From positions 369,210,001 through 369,274,000 of the forward strand of contig OZ024742.1 in the NCBI GenBank assembly GCA_964016885.1: a stretch of 64,000 nt of DNA. Reading direction: 5' to 3'. This document shows, in pieces, positions 35,060 to 46,300 of this stretch. The notes under the pieces are model-generated. The model was not told where the DNA came from. It was given only the letters and a program-made list of their open reading frames with translations, and ran no database searches. Numbering within the stretch: position 1 is the first letter of the stretch; each line of letters begins with the position of its first letter. The stretch is from Eledone cirrhosa. Taxonomy: Eukaryota. A program made the position numbers and the translations under genes.

Positions 35060-35509
35060 ACATTACATACACATACACACATACATACATAAGTACGTAC
35101 ATTCATACATACATACACACATACATACATAAGTACGTACATTCATACATACATACACAGATACATACATAAGTACGTACATTCATACATACATACACAG
35201 ATACATACATAAGTACGTACATACATACATACATACACAGATACATACATAAGTACGTACATTCATACATACATACAGATACATACATAAGTACGCACAT
35301 ACATACACATACGTATATGCACAGTTACATAAGTACGTACATACACACACACAGTTACATACGTACGTATGTACATACACACACAGATACATACGTAAGT
35401 ACGTACATACATACATATAATTAAGTACAGCACGTACATCACCTGGAATGTCGCACACACACACACGCTTATGGACAGATACACACACATAAGTACACAC
35501 GTATGTGTG

Positions 35510-35553
<44 letters not shown>

Positions 35554-35720
35554 ATACATGTGTACTTTGTGTGTATCTGTACATCACGGACATTGTCGAA
35601 TACATATATAGCTACACATATACACACGAGCATGTGTGTGTTTGCTGTAGTGTGTGTGTTTGCTATAGTGTGTGTGTGTTTGCTGTAGTGTGTGTGTTTG
35701 CTGTAGTTTGTGTGTGGGGG
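35060..35720. repeat. CATA-based ~40-bp repeat, (TA)n and TG-rich microsatellites
   Basis: ACATACATACACA[C/G]ATACATACATAAGTACGTACATTC units, (TA)n at about 35514-35551, and TTTGCTGTAGTGTGTG units. Confidence 0.9.
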
Positions 35721-35946
35721 GGGGAGTGTAAGATTTACCATTCCGTCTACCACTTACGAAAGATAACCAAATGAGAAAGGGCAACAAAACAGCTAAACAA
35801 ATATAGATTTTTAGCTCTGGTATGTATGGAACCTTAACCCCAGTTGGAGTCGATGGATGGGTGGGGTGACATATATATATATAGGGCCTTGGGCATTTAA
35901 AACAGGGCAGTCTATTCCTTCTTCAAGTCAGAATAGTCGATGTCTT

Positions 35947-36169
<223 letters not shown>

Positions 36170-36191
36170 AAGTTGGAAAGAGATATAGAGA

Positions 36192-36342
36192 AAGAATCGA
36201 CCCCAGTACTGGACTGGTACTTTTTTTATCGACCTAAAAAGGATGAAAGGCAAAGTTGACCTCGGCAGGATTTGAACTGAGAGAGGGCAGAGAACAGGAT
36301 CGAATACCGCAAATCATTTTTTTTCGACGTCTAACGACTCTG
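36192..36342 (-). mobile_element. tRNA-derived SINE (Deu/Nin-like core)
   Basis: Reverse complement of the core: ATCGACCCCAGT…CTGGTACTTTTTTTATCGACC…GGATGAAAGGCAAAGTTGACCTCGGCAGGATTTGAAC. Confidence 0.82.
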
Positions 36343-36385
36343 TTCAAGGACACATCGATGAAGCTGGGAATCGAATTCCCGAACT

Positions 36386-37080
36386 TAGGATCCTGAGCAC
36401 ACTAACCCCTAAGACACGACACACTTTTACATCGATCCCAGTACACAACTTAGGGTCCTGAGCCGAACACACTAACCCCTAAGACACGACACACTTTTAC
36501 ATCGATCTCAGTACACAACTTAGGGTCCTGAGCCGAACACACTAACCCCTAAGACACGATACACTTTTACATCGATCTCAGTACACAACTTAGGGTCCTG
36601 AGCCGAACACACTAACCCCTAAGACACGACACACTTTTACATCGATCTCAGTACACAACTTAGGGTCCTGAGCCGAACACACTAACCCCTAAGACACGAC
36701 ACACTTTTACATCGATCCCAGTACACAACTTAGGGTCCTGAGCCGAACACACTAACCCCTAAGACACGACACACTTTTACATCGATCTCAGTACACAACT
36801 TAGGGTCCTGAGCCGAACACACTAACCCCTAAGACACGACACACTTTTACATCGATCCCAGTACACAACTTAGGGTCCTGAGCCGAACACACTAACCCCT
36901 AAGACACGACACACTTTTACATCGATCTCAGTACACAACTTAGGGTTCTGAGCCGAACACACTAACCCCTAAGACACGACACACTTTTACATCGATCCCA
37001 GTACACAACTTCGGGTCCTGAGCCGAACACACTAACCCCTAAGACACGACACACCTTCATATCGATCCCAATACACAACG
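36386..37080. repeat. 70-bp tandem repeat, about 10 copies, derived from a SINE 5' head
   Basis: Period 70 (36451, 36521…). The minus strand carries A-box-like TGTCTTAGGGGTTAGTG and runs into B-box-like AATTCGATTCCC and GTGTCCTTGAAC at 36342-36385. Confidence 0.92.
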
Positions 37081-37461
37081 TTGTTACTACCGGTATTTGC
37101 TTTATCAACCATAGATAGGCGGTGTCTGATTGATGGGGAGAGGATCTGACTGGGATGTAGCCATGGCGCCCACAATATTTAAACAGCCCCCTTTTTTATT
37201 TTATTTTTTTTCTATACCATAAATACGTGAGTGTCCCGGTGTAATTCTCAGCCAGGGGCTCCAAGAAAGCTTATAATTCGCCCCTGCCAGGAAGGGATTA
37301 AATGTAGACTCCAGTCATGTAAAATTCGATCGCACAAGAGCTAATGTCGACAATAGCAGACATTCTTGATAGGAATATAGCACAGGCGAATCCAAAGACA
37401 GAGTATTCGGTAATACAACACTTCTAAAAATAATAATTGTTTCCAATCCAATCCAAATACT

Positions 37462-37872
37462 AATAATTAATGGTTTCTGATTTTTGCACAAGGCCAACAA
37501 TTTTGGGGGAGGGGAAAATCGATTAAATCGACCCGAGTACTTTATTTTATCCACCCCGTAAAGATGAAAGGCAAAAACTAAACGGGATTAAAAACGGGAT
37601 TAAAACTGAGAACGTAAAGGGCCATAACTACATGCCAGAAAGCATGGTGTCCGACACTCTTCTAGCACTGCCAATGGTTTCTTATTTAGGCACAAGGCCA
37701 GTAATTTTCGAGGGAGAGGTGCAAAGTCGATTAAATCTACCCCAGTGCATTACTGGTACTCTATTTTATCGATCCCATAAATATGAAAGGCAAAGCTAAC
37801 CTCGCCAGCGGGATTTGAACTCAGAATGTAAATAGCGCAAGGTTGTTTGTCCGACGCTCTAACGATTCTGTC
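37462..37872 (-). mobile_element. Two tandem tRNA-derived SINE copies (Deu/Nin-like core), about 37462-37674 and 37675-37872
   Basis: Each has GCACAAGGCCA…TCGATTAAATC…TACT…TTTTATC…ATGAAAGGCAAA; the second retains GGGATTTGAACTC. Confidence 0.82.
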
Positions 37873-38104
37873 ACACTGTAATAAACACCTCATGATTCTT
37901 ACAGCACTGAATAGTTGTTAGTAAATAGACATTCCTTTTTAGTTGTTTTTTCACTCGATACAGACCCTAAAGTCTGTGAAAATACAGGGAGGAGGGCTGA
38001 TATGTGAGCTGGTGACGTTCATCCCCCCCAAGACAGCGAGATGTTATAATTATTAATCTATTAATTAGTGTGATAGAGAAACAGTGTTTCACTCCACTCC
38101 CACT

Positions 38105-38310
38105 GGTGTGTAAGTAAGTCTGTTTGTGTGTGTAAGTCTGTTGTTTGTGTGTGTAAGTCTGTTGTGTGTGTGTGTAAGTCTGTTGTTTGTATGTGTATAT
38201 GTGTAAGTCTGTTGTGTGTATATGTTGTAGTAAATATTGTTGTGTCTATGTTTGTAGCGAGCACCTGATGTGTATGTGTGTTATACTCTGCCTGTCTCGG
38301 TTAGTTCTTC

Positions 38311-38344
<34 letters not shown>

Positions 38345-38365
38345 GTGTATTTTCGTCCTAATGTA

Positions 38366-38407
<42 letters not shown>

Positions 38408-38660
38408 CGTGTATTTTCGTTGTAATATATATATATATATACACATTACGGAGAAAATACACGATTATATATAGTATAGCGTATATATATAATAGTGTAT
38501 ATTCGTCCTAATATATATATATATGTGTGTATATTGCTCCTAATATATATATATATATATATAATAGTGTATATTCATGGTGATGTGTGTGTATATATAT
38601 ATATTGGTCGTGATGTGTGTATGTATATATACCCATGTATCTTCGTCGTAATGTGTGTTT
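38105..38660. repeat. Low-complexity TG/TA repeats (GTAAGTCTGTTG units; (TA)n with GTGTATT[T]TCG units)
   Basis: Visible short tandem units. Confidence 0.8.
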
Positions 38661-38942
38661 ATAACACTACATCTACTAGTTAGTGTATATATTGCAACTT
38701 TGATATGCTCCCTTAATTAAAGTTAATGACAGTAAATTGAGGGATCTGTCTTGTCCAGTTGTGCCCTTCATAGGATCGTATCGTATAGTGTGTGTGTAGG
38801 TTAGTGTGTAATTATAGCAAGTGTGTGTATAATATAGCTGTGTAGGTTAGTGTGTAGTTATAGCAAGTGTGTGTATAATATAGCGTGTAGGTTACAATAT
38901 AGCTGTGCATGTACGTAATTATAACAAGTATGTTATAACTAA

Positions 38943-39545
38943 CTGTAATTGTGTGTATATGTATATATTATAGCTGTAATTGTGTGTATATGTATATATT
39001 ATAGCTGTAATAGTGTGTATATGTATATATTATAGCTGTAATTGTGTGTATATGTATATATATTATAGCTGTAATTGTGTGTATATGTATATATTATAGC
39101 TGTAATTGTGTGTATATGTATATATATTATAGCTGTAATTGTGTGTATATGTATATATTATAGCTGTAATAGTGTGTATATGTATATATTATAGCTGTAA
39201 TAGTGTGTATATGTATATATTATAGCTGTAATAGTGTGTATATGTATATTATAATTGCAATATTGTGTATATGTATATATTATAGCTGTAATAGTGTATA
39301 TATGTGTATATATGTGTATATTATATCTGTAATAGTGTGTATATGTGTAAGCTATATCTGTAATAGTGAGTATATGTGTATGTTATAGCTATAATAGTGT
39401 CCATGTTATAGCTGTAATAGTATATATATATAATGTGTTAAGCTGTAATAGTATATATATATATGTTATAGCTGTAATATGTATATATATATATGTTATA
39501 GCTGTAATATGTATATATATATATATGTTATAGCTGTAATATTAT
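38943..39545. repeat. About 31-bp AT-rich minisatellite TATAGCTGTAAT[T/A]GTGTGTATATGTATATAT
   Basis: Tandem units that decay to the right. Confidence 0.9.
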
Positions 39546-40229
39546 GTATATGTTACACTATAGCTGTGCTTCTGTTAATATATGCTTGTGTTTTCCTCTA
39601 TATCCTAGTTAATGTCAGTAATTGCTATGCTGTTATAGCTGTATATTGTTTATTTTATATAACCCTTAATAGAACAGGTTGTTACAACATATATTCTGTC
39701 AACGATTTAAATGTTTTCTTTTCCGTTAGAAAAAACTGGGCTGTATTTTTTTTTTTATTTACATTTTATAATAAATTATACAATTTCATACATAACATCA
39801 AATATATATTAAATCTACTGGTTCGGTCAGTATCTTTGTTGTCAGTTAATATAACATAGCTAGATATTATATTTTCTTTTTCAAATAATTGAGAAACGAG
39901 AAACAGTTTTTGTCATAATAACCATTATAAGACTTATGAATGACAATTGTCACCAACTTGGACATTGGACATACTAAAGACACATTTAACAGCAATAAAA
40001 CACAGCTAACAAAACATATATATATTATATACGACACATATATATCTGTATGTATGTATATTATATACACACACAATATAAATAGTATACACACCTTACA
40101 ACGAAGGAAATTATCCGTTTAGTCTGGATCAGTATCAACTTAATAACACCTAGACTCCATCTTGGAACTATTTACAATCATTGCACTACTTTCTTATTAC
40201 ATTTGCACCACATTTTCTTACTCCCATTT

Positions 40230-40255
40230 ACACTCCCTCCCTCTCTATATATCTT

Positions 40256-40292
<37 letters not shown>

Positions 40293-40403
40293 TTCCCTCC
40301 CTCTCTATATATCTCCCTCCCTCTCTATATATCTCCCTCCCTCTCTATATATCTTTCTCTCTCCCTCTCTATATATCTCCCTCCCTCCCTCTCTATATAT
40401 CTT

Positions 40404-40446
<43 letters not shown>

Positions 40447-41520
40447 TTCCCTCCCTCTCTATATATCTCCCTCCCTCTCTATATATCTCCCTCCCTCCCT
40501 CCCTCTCTCTCTCTCATTCATTTTCTCTTTTCATCCCTATTCTTTCACTAGCTTTTCATTTTTCTCTTTCTCTCTCTGTTTATAATATTAGTCTTTCTCT
40601 TCCTCTTTATACTATTAGTCTTTCTCTTTTTCTCTTTGTATTATTAGCATTTCTCTTTCTCCCTCTCTTTATAATATTAGTATTTCTCCTTCTCTTTCTC
40701 GTTATACTATTAGTCTTTGTCTTTCTCCCTCTCTTTATACTATTAGTCTGTCTCTTTCTCCCTCTCTTTATATTTCTCTATCTCTTTCTCCCTCTCTTTC
40801 ATGTTCTCTAACTTTCTATATCCTCCACCTTGTTAGTCTATATCTTTTCTTTTTCTCTTTCACTCTGCCTCTTCTCCTCAAAATAATTTTCTCTCTCGTT
40901 CTGTCTTACTTTCTCTTTCTACTCTCTTACTACGCCTCTCTTGCTATTTCATGTTCTCTTACTCTCTCGTTTATTCTCTTACTCTCTCCCTCCGCCGCTC
41001 TCTTACTCTCTCTACTCTCTCGTTTATTCTCTTACTCTCACCCTCCGCTGCTCTCTTACTCTCTCTCTCTCTACTCTCTCGTTTATTCTCTTACTCTTTC
41101 CCTCCGCCGCTCTCTTACTCTCTCTACACTCTCGTTTATTCTCTTACTCTTTCCCTCCGCCGCTCTCTTACTCTCTCTACTCTCTCGTTTATTCTCTTAC
41201 TCTTTCCCTCCGCCGCTCTCTTACTCTCTCTACTCTCTCGTTTATTCTCTTACTCTCTCCCACCGCCTCTACTCTCTCGTTTATTCTCTTACTCTCTCCC
41301 TCCGCTGCTCTCTTACTCTCTCTCTCTCTCTACTCTCTCGTTTATTCTCTTACTCTCTCCCTCCGCCGCTTTCTTACTCTCTCTATTCTCTCGTTTACTC
41401 TCTTCCTCCCCTGCTCTGTCACTCTCTCGTTTACACTCTTACTCTCTCTCTTGTTCTCTTACCCTCTCTACTCTCTCCCTCTCTCTATTCATATGTTATC
41501 TCGCTCTCTTTTCTCTCTCT
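40230..41520. repeat. Pyrimidine-rich repeat block: CT/AT microsatellite, TTAGTCTTTCTC units, and a ~53-bp unit CTACTCTCTCGTTTATTCTCTTACTCTYTCCCTCCGCCGCTCTCTTACTCTCT
   Basis: Visible tandem units; explains the Leu/Ser-rich ORFs. Confidence 0.9.
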
Positions 41521-41814
41521 CCTTTTACCATTTATTTACTCTCAAGTATTGACGACCTTTTCACTTCTAAAGTAAAACAATTTTACGCATATAATTACTA
41601 CGCCATAGTCTAACTGCGTAATTCGGTCACGTCGACTTTTTCCAGAGTTCGAATTAGATTCGCTTCATTTGATTTCAATTTTTTTTTTTCCTTTTCCTTT
41701 TTTTCAATCAATAAAAACATTGAATATATATATCGTTAATGTGTTTAAAAAAGTAATTTTTTTTTCTTTCGCCAAAACCTGTAGAGTGAAGTACATTACT
41801 AAACCAGGAGAAAC

Positions 41815-42215
41815 CCACAAGTTGATAGCTTTGGTAGAGCGTCAGACAATATGCTTTACGGCATAGAGTTACGGCCCTTTACATTCTGAGTTCAAATCCC
41901 GCCTAGGTTAGCTTTGCCTTTCATCCTTACGGTGTCGATAAAATAAAGTACCAGTAATATACTGGGGTCAATATAATCGACTTTCCCCTCCCCTCAAATT
42001 ATTGGCCTTATGCCTAAATCAGAAACCATTATTATTATTAATTCATAGAGTTATTATTAACGCATAGAGTTACGACCCTTTCCATTCTGAGTTCAAATCC
42101 CGCCGAGCTCAACGTTGCCTTTCATCCTTACGGGGTCGATAAAATAAAGTACCAGTAATGCACTGAGATAATTGTTGGCCTGGTGCCAAATGTAGAAACA
42201 ATTATTATTATTAAT
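41815..42215 (+). mobile_element. Two head-to-tail tRNA-derived SINEs (about 41815-42040 and 5'-truncated 42061-42215)
   Basis: GAGTTCAAATCCCGCC B-box, TTGCCTTTCATCCTTACGG[T/G]GTCGATAAAATAAAGTACCAG core and (ATT)n tails. Same family as 27090-27256. Confidence 0.88.
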
Positions 42216-42286
42216 TCATTATACAAACCCCACCAGAGTCAACCTGTTTTTTCTTTCACCAGAATCGTTAAAATAATTTCCAGCAA

Positions 42287-42830
42287 TCATCATCATCATC
42301 ATCATCATCGTTTAACGTCTATCTTCCACGCTAGCATGGGTTGACCATGTCTCGTACAGGACTGTCTGGCAGGGTTTCTACGGCTGGATGCCCTTCCTAA
42401 CACCAACCACATTTACTGTGTGGACTGAGAACTTTTTACCTACACGACCACATTACAGCGTGGACTGTTTTTTTTTTTGTTTTTTTTTTGTTTTTTTTTG
42501 TTGTCGTGACACCTACACGACCTCATAAGTTTGGACTGGATGTTGTGGTACCAACCAACATAACTTTACAGAGAAAGGGTAATGTTGGTGGGTGTGGGGG
42601 AGGATGGAGTAGGGGTGTATATTTGGTTAAGAGGTGCCTACTGGCTGTAGGTTTCGCTTTGTACATAGGCAAGGTGGGTATACTGTATTACTGCGTGGCG
42701 CCAAAAATCTCGGTCCAGTGACATTGTCTAAGAGAGGTGTAAGCGTGTAAGGTCGGAATTTATCAAAACGTCCGAGGTTTTTCTGGGTCTACCTACTCCG
42801 TAACTTCCATCAATTTTGATCGCCCTGCAC
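42287..42830 (-). mobile_element. Short, more diverged 3' fragment of the RTE family at 29.5-33.5 kb
   Basis: (CAT)n tail, GTTTAACGTC, GGATGCCCTTCCTAACACCAACCACATTTAC, and ORF end CRAIKIDGSYGVGRPRKTSDVLINSDLTRLHLS. Confidence 0.92.
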
Positions 42831-42939
42831 TATAATATGTATATCAGATAATATAGTTGTCTTTTTTAGCAATCATATTTTGTATCGGCAATTCTCTCTA
42901 CCGCTAATATATAAAAATAGTAAACACCGCTGCATCGGT

Positions 42940-43104
42940 CACAAATCAGAAAGTTCCTCTCTGAGGAACAAGCCCGGGCAATATTGTTTGTGGAAGACGA
43001 GCAGTCACCCATGCATGCAAACCTCCAAGTCACAGATATTGTCCAAGGGAAAGGCAATGGCCGATACAGCTTGGTACCAGTGACGTCACAACTCATTTCT
43101 GTAG
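42940..43104 (-). mobile_element. Probable internal fragment of a cephalopod SINE
   Basis: CAAGGGAAAGGCAATGGCCGATACAGCTTGGTACCAGTGACGTCACAACTCATTTCT resembles an octopus interspersed repeat recalled from memory. There is no second copy in the window. Confidence 0.5.
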
Positions 43105-43148
43105 GTATGTGTGTATGTGTGTGTGTATATGGGTTACATGTGTGTGTG

Positions 43149-43222
<74 letters not shown>

Positions 43223-43255
43223 TGTGTGTGGGGGGGGGGTTACATGTGTGTGTGC
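43105..43255. repeat. (TG)n microsatellite
   Basis: Long TG run with duplicated GGGTTACATGTGTG flanks. Confidence 0.95.
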
Positions 43256-43373
43256 ATAGATAAGCCCCATGAGGGCTCTGTGACTTCTCTCCATCACACA
43301 TCTGGTACACAGAACAAATCCCCTCGCCCTTAACATCCATACAACATCTTCAGATTACGTCTCACCATAGCAT

Positions 43374-46300
43374 TTGTCTGATGTCCAGATTAGTTGTCTG
43401 GCGTCCAGATTCAGTTATCTGATGTCCAGTTTAGGTTGTTTGATATCCAGTTTAGGTTGTCTGATCTCCAGCTTAGGTTGTCTGATGTCCAGTTTAGGTT
43501 GTCTGATGTCCAGCTGCAGTTGTCTGATGTCCAGTTTAGGTTGTCGGATCTTCAGCTTCAGTTGTCTGATCTCCAGATGAGTTGTCTAATCTCCCGCTTC
43601 AGTTGTCTGATGTCCAGTTTAGGTTGTCTGATGTCCAGCTTAGTTGTCTGATCTCCAGCTTTAGTTGTCTGATCTCCAGATAGTTGTCTGATCTCCAGCT
43701 TCAGTTATCTGATGTCCAGCTCAGTTGTCTCATCTACAGCTTCAGTTGTCTCATGTCTAGTTTAAGTTGTCTGATGTCCAGCTTCAGTTGTCTGATGTCC
43801 AGCTCAGTTGTCTGATCTTCAGCTTCAGTGGTCTGCCGTCCAGCTTCAGTTGTCTTATGTCCAGCTTCAGTTGTCTGATGTCCCGTTTAGGTTGTCTGAT
43901 GTCCAGCTTCAGTTGTCTGATGTCCAGCTTCAGTTGTCTCATCTACAGCTTCAGTTGTGTGATGTCCAGTTTAGGTTGTCTAATCTCCAGCTTCAGTTGT
44001 CTGATGTCCAGCTTCAGTTGTCTGATGTCCAGCTTCAGTTGTGTGATGTCCAGTTTAGGTTGTCTGATCTCCAGCGTCAGTTGTCTGATGACCAGCTTCA
44101 GTTATCTGATGTCCAGCTTCAGTTGTGTGATGTCCAGTTTAAGTTGTCTGATCTCCAGCTTCAGTTGTCTGATGTCCAGCTTCAGTTGTGTGATGTCCAG
44201 TTTAGGTTGTCTGATCTCCAGCTTCAGTTGTCTGATGTCCAGCTTCAGTTGTCTGATGTTCAGCTTCAGTTGTGTGATGTCCAGTTTAGGTTGTCTGATC
44301 TCCAGCTTCAGTTGTCTGATGTACGGCTAGATAGGTCTGATGTCCAGTTTAAGTTGTCTGATGTCCAGCTTCAGTTGCTGATCTCCAGCTTCAGTTGTCT
44401 GATGTCCAGTTAAGGTTGTCTGATGTCCAGCTCAGTTGTCTGATCTCCAGTTTAAGTTGTCTGATGTCCAGCTTCAGTTGTCTGATCTCCAGCTTCAGTT
44501 GTCTGATGTCGAGTTAAGGTTGTCTGATGTCCAGCTCAGTTGTCTGATGTCCAGCTTCAGTTGTCTGATGTCCATTTTAAGTTGTCTGATGTCCAGTTTC
44601 AGTTGTCTGATGTCCAGATTTAGTTGTCTGATGTCCAGCTTCAGTTGTCTGATGTCCAGCTTCGGTTGTCTGATGTCCAGTTTAGGTTGTCTGATGTCCA
44701 GCTTAGTTGTCTGATCTCCAGCTTCAGTTGTCTGATCTCCAGCTTCAGTTATCTGATGTCCAGCTCAGTTGTCTCATCTACATCTTCAGTTGTCTGATGT
44801 CTAGTTTAGGTTGTCTGATGTCCAGCTTCAGTTGTCTGATTTCCAGCTCAGTTGTCTAATCTTCAGCTTCAGTTGTCTGCCGTCCAGCTTCAGTTGTCTG
44901 ATGTCCAGCTTCAGTTGTCTGATGTCCAGCTTCAGTTGTGTGATGTCCAGTTTAGGTTGTCTGATCTCCAGCTTCAGTTGTCTGATGTCCATTTTAAGTT
45001 GTCTGATGTCCAGCTTCAGTTGTCTGATCTCCAGTTTCAGTTGTCTGCTGTCCAGCTTCAGTTGTCTGATCTCCAGCTTCAGTTGTCTGATGTCCAGTTA
45101 AGGTTGTCTGATGTCCAGCTCAGTTGTCTGATCTCCAGCTTCAGTTGTCTGATGTCCGGCTACAGATGTCTGATGTCCAGTTTAAGTTGTCTGATGTCCA
45201 GCTTCAGTTGTCTGATCTCCAGCTTCAGATGTCTGGTGTCCAGTTAAGGTTGTCTGATGTCCAGCTCAGTTGTCTGATGTCCAGCTTCAGTTGTCTGATG
45301 TCCATTTTAAGTTGTCTGATGTCCAGCTTCAGTTGTCTGATCTCCAGTTTCAGTTGTCTGCTGTCCAGCTTCAGTTGTCTGATCTCCAGCTTCAGTTGTC
45401 TGATGTCCAGTTAAGGTTGCCTGATGTCCAGCTCAGTTGTCTGATCTCCAGCTTCAGTTGTCTGATGTCCAGTTTAAGTTGTCTGATGTCCAGCTTCAGT
45501 TGTCTGATCTCCAGCTTCAGTTGTCTGATGTCCAGTTAAGGTTGTCTGATGTCCAGCTCAGTTGTCTGATGTCCAGCTTCAGTTGTCTAATATCCATTTT
45601 AAGTTGTCTGATGTCCAGCTTCAGTTGTCTGATCTCCAGTTTCAGTTGTCTGCTGTCCAGCTTCAGTTGTCTGATCTCCAGCTTCAGTTGTCTGATGTCC
45701 AGTTAAGGTTGCCTGATGTCCAGCTTCAGTTGTCTGATGTCCATTTTAAGTTGTGTGATGTACAGCTTCAGTTGTCTGATGTCCAGTTTAAGTTGTCTGA
45801 TGTCCAGCTTCAGTTGTCTGATCTCCAGCTTCAGTTGTCTGATGTCCATTTTAAGTTGTCAGATGTCCAGCTTCAGCTGTCTGATCTCCAGTTTCAGTTG
45901 TCTGCTGTCCAGCTTCAGTTGTCTGATGTCCAGATTTAGTTGTCTGATGTCCAGCTCCAGTTATCTTATGTCCAGCTTCAGTTGTCTGATGTCCAGCTTC
46001 GGTTGTCTGATGTCCAGTTTAGGTTGTCTGATGTCCAGCTTAGTTGTCTGATCTCCAGATTCAATTGTCTGATCTCCAGATTAGTTGTCTGATCTCCAGC
46101 TTCAGTTATCTGATGTCCAGCTCAGTTGTCTCATCTACATCTTCAGTTGTCTGATTTCTAGTTTAGGTTGTCAAATGTCCAGCTTCAGTTGTCTGATTTC
46201 CAGCTCAGTTGCTAATCTTCAGCTTCAGTTGTCTGCCGTCCAGCTTCAGTTGTCTGATGTCCAGCTTCAGTTGTCTGATGTCCAGCTTCAGTTGTGTGAT

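Noticed and set aside
37110-37286. Possible hAT-like MITE ending in CGCCCCTG
   Set aside because: No matching left terminal inverted repeat or 8-bp TSD could be identified.
37349-37414. Short protein-like frame MSTIADILDRNIAQANPKTEYS followed by GTAATA
   Set aside because: Too short, with no convincing acceptor or promoter evidence and no recognisable homology.
40162-41613. Long hydrophobic Leu/Ser/Phe ORFs resembling membrane proteins
   Set aside because: Pyrimidine-rich tandem repeats open in multiple frames.
41530-41700. Locally CpG-richer unique stretch, possibly a promoter
   Set aside because: Short, with no adjacent supported exon and no diagnostic motif.
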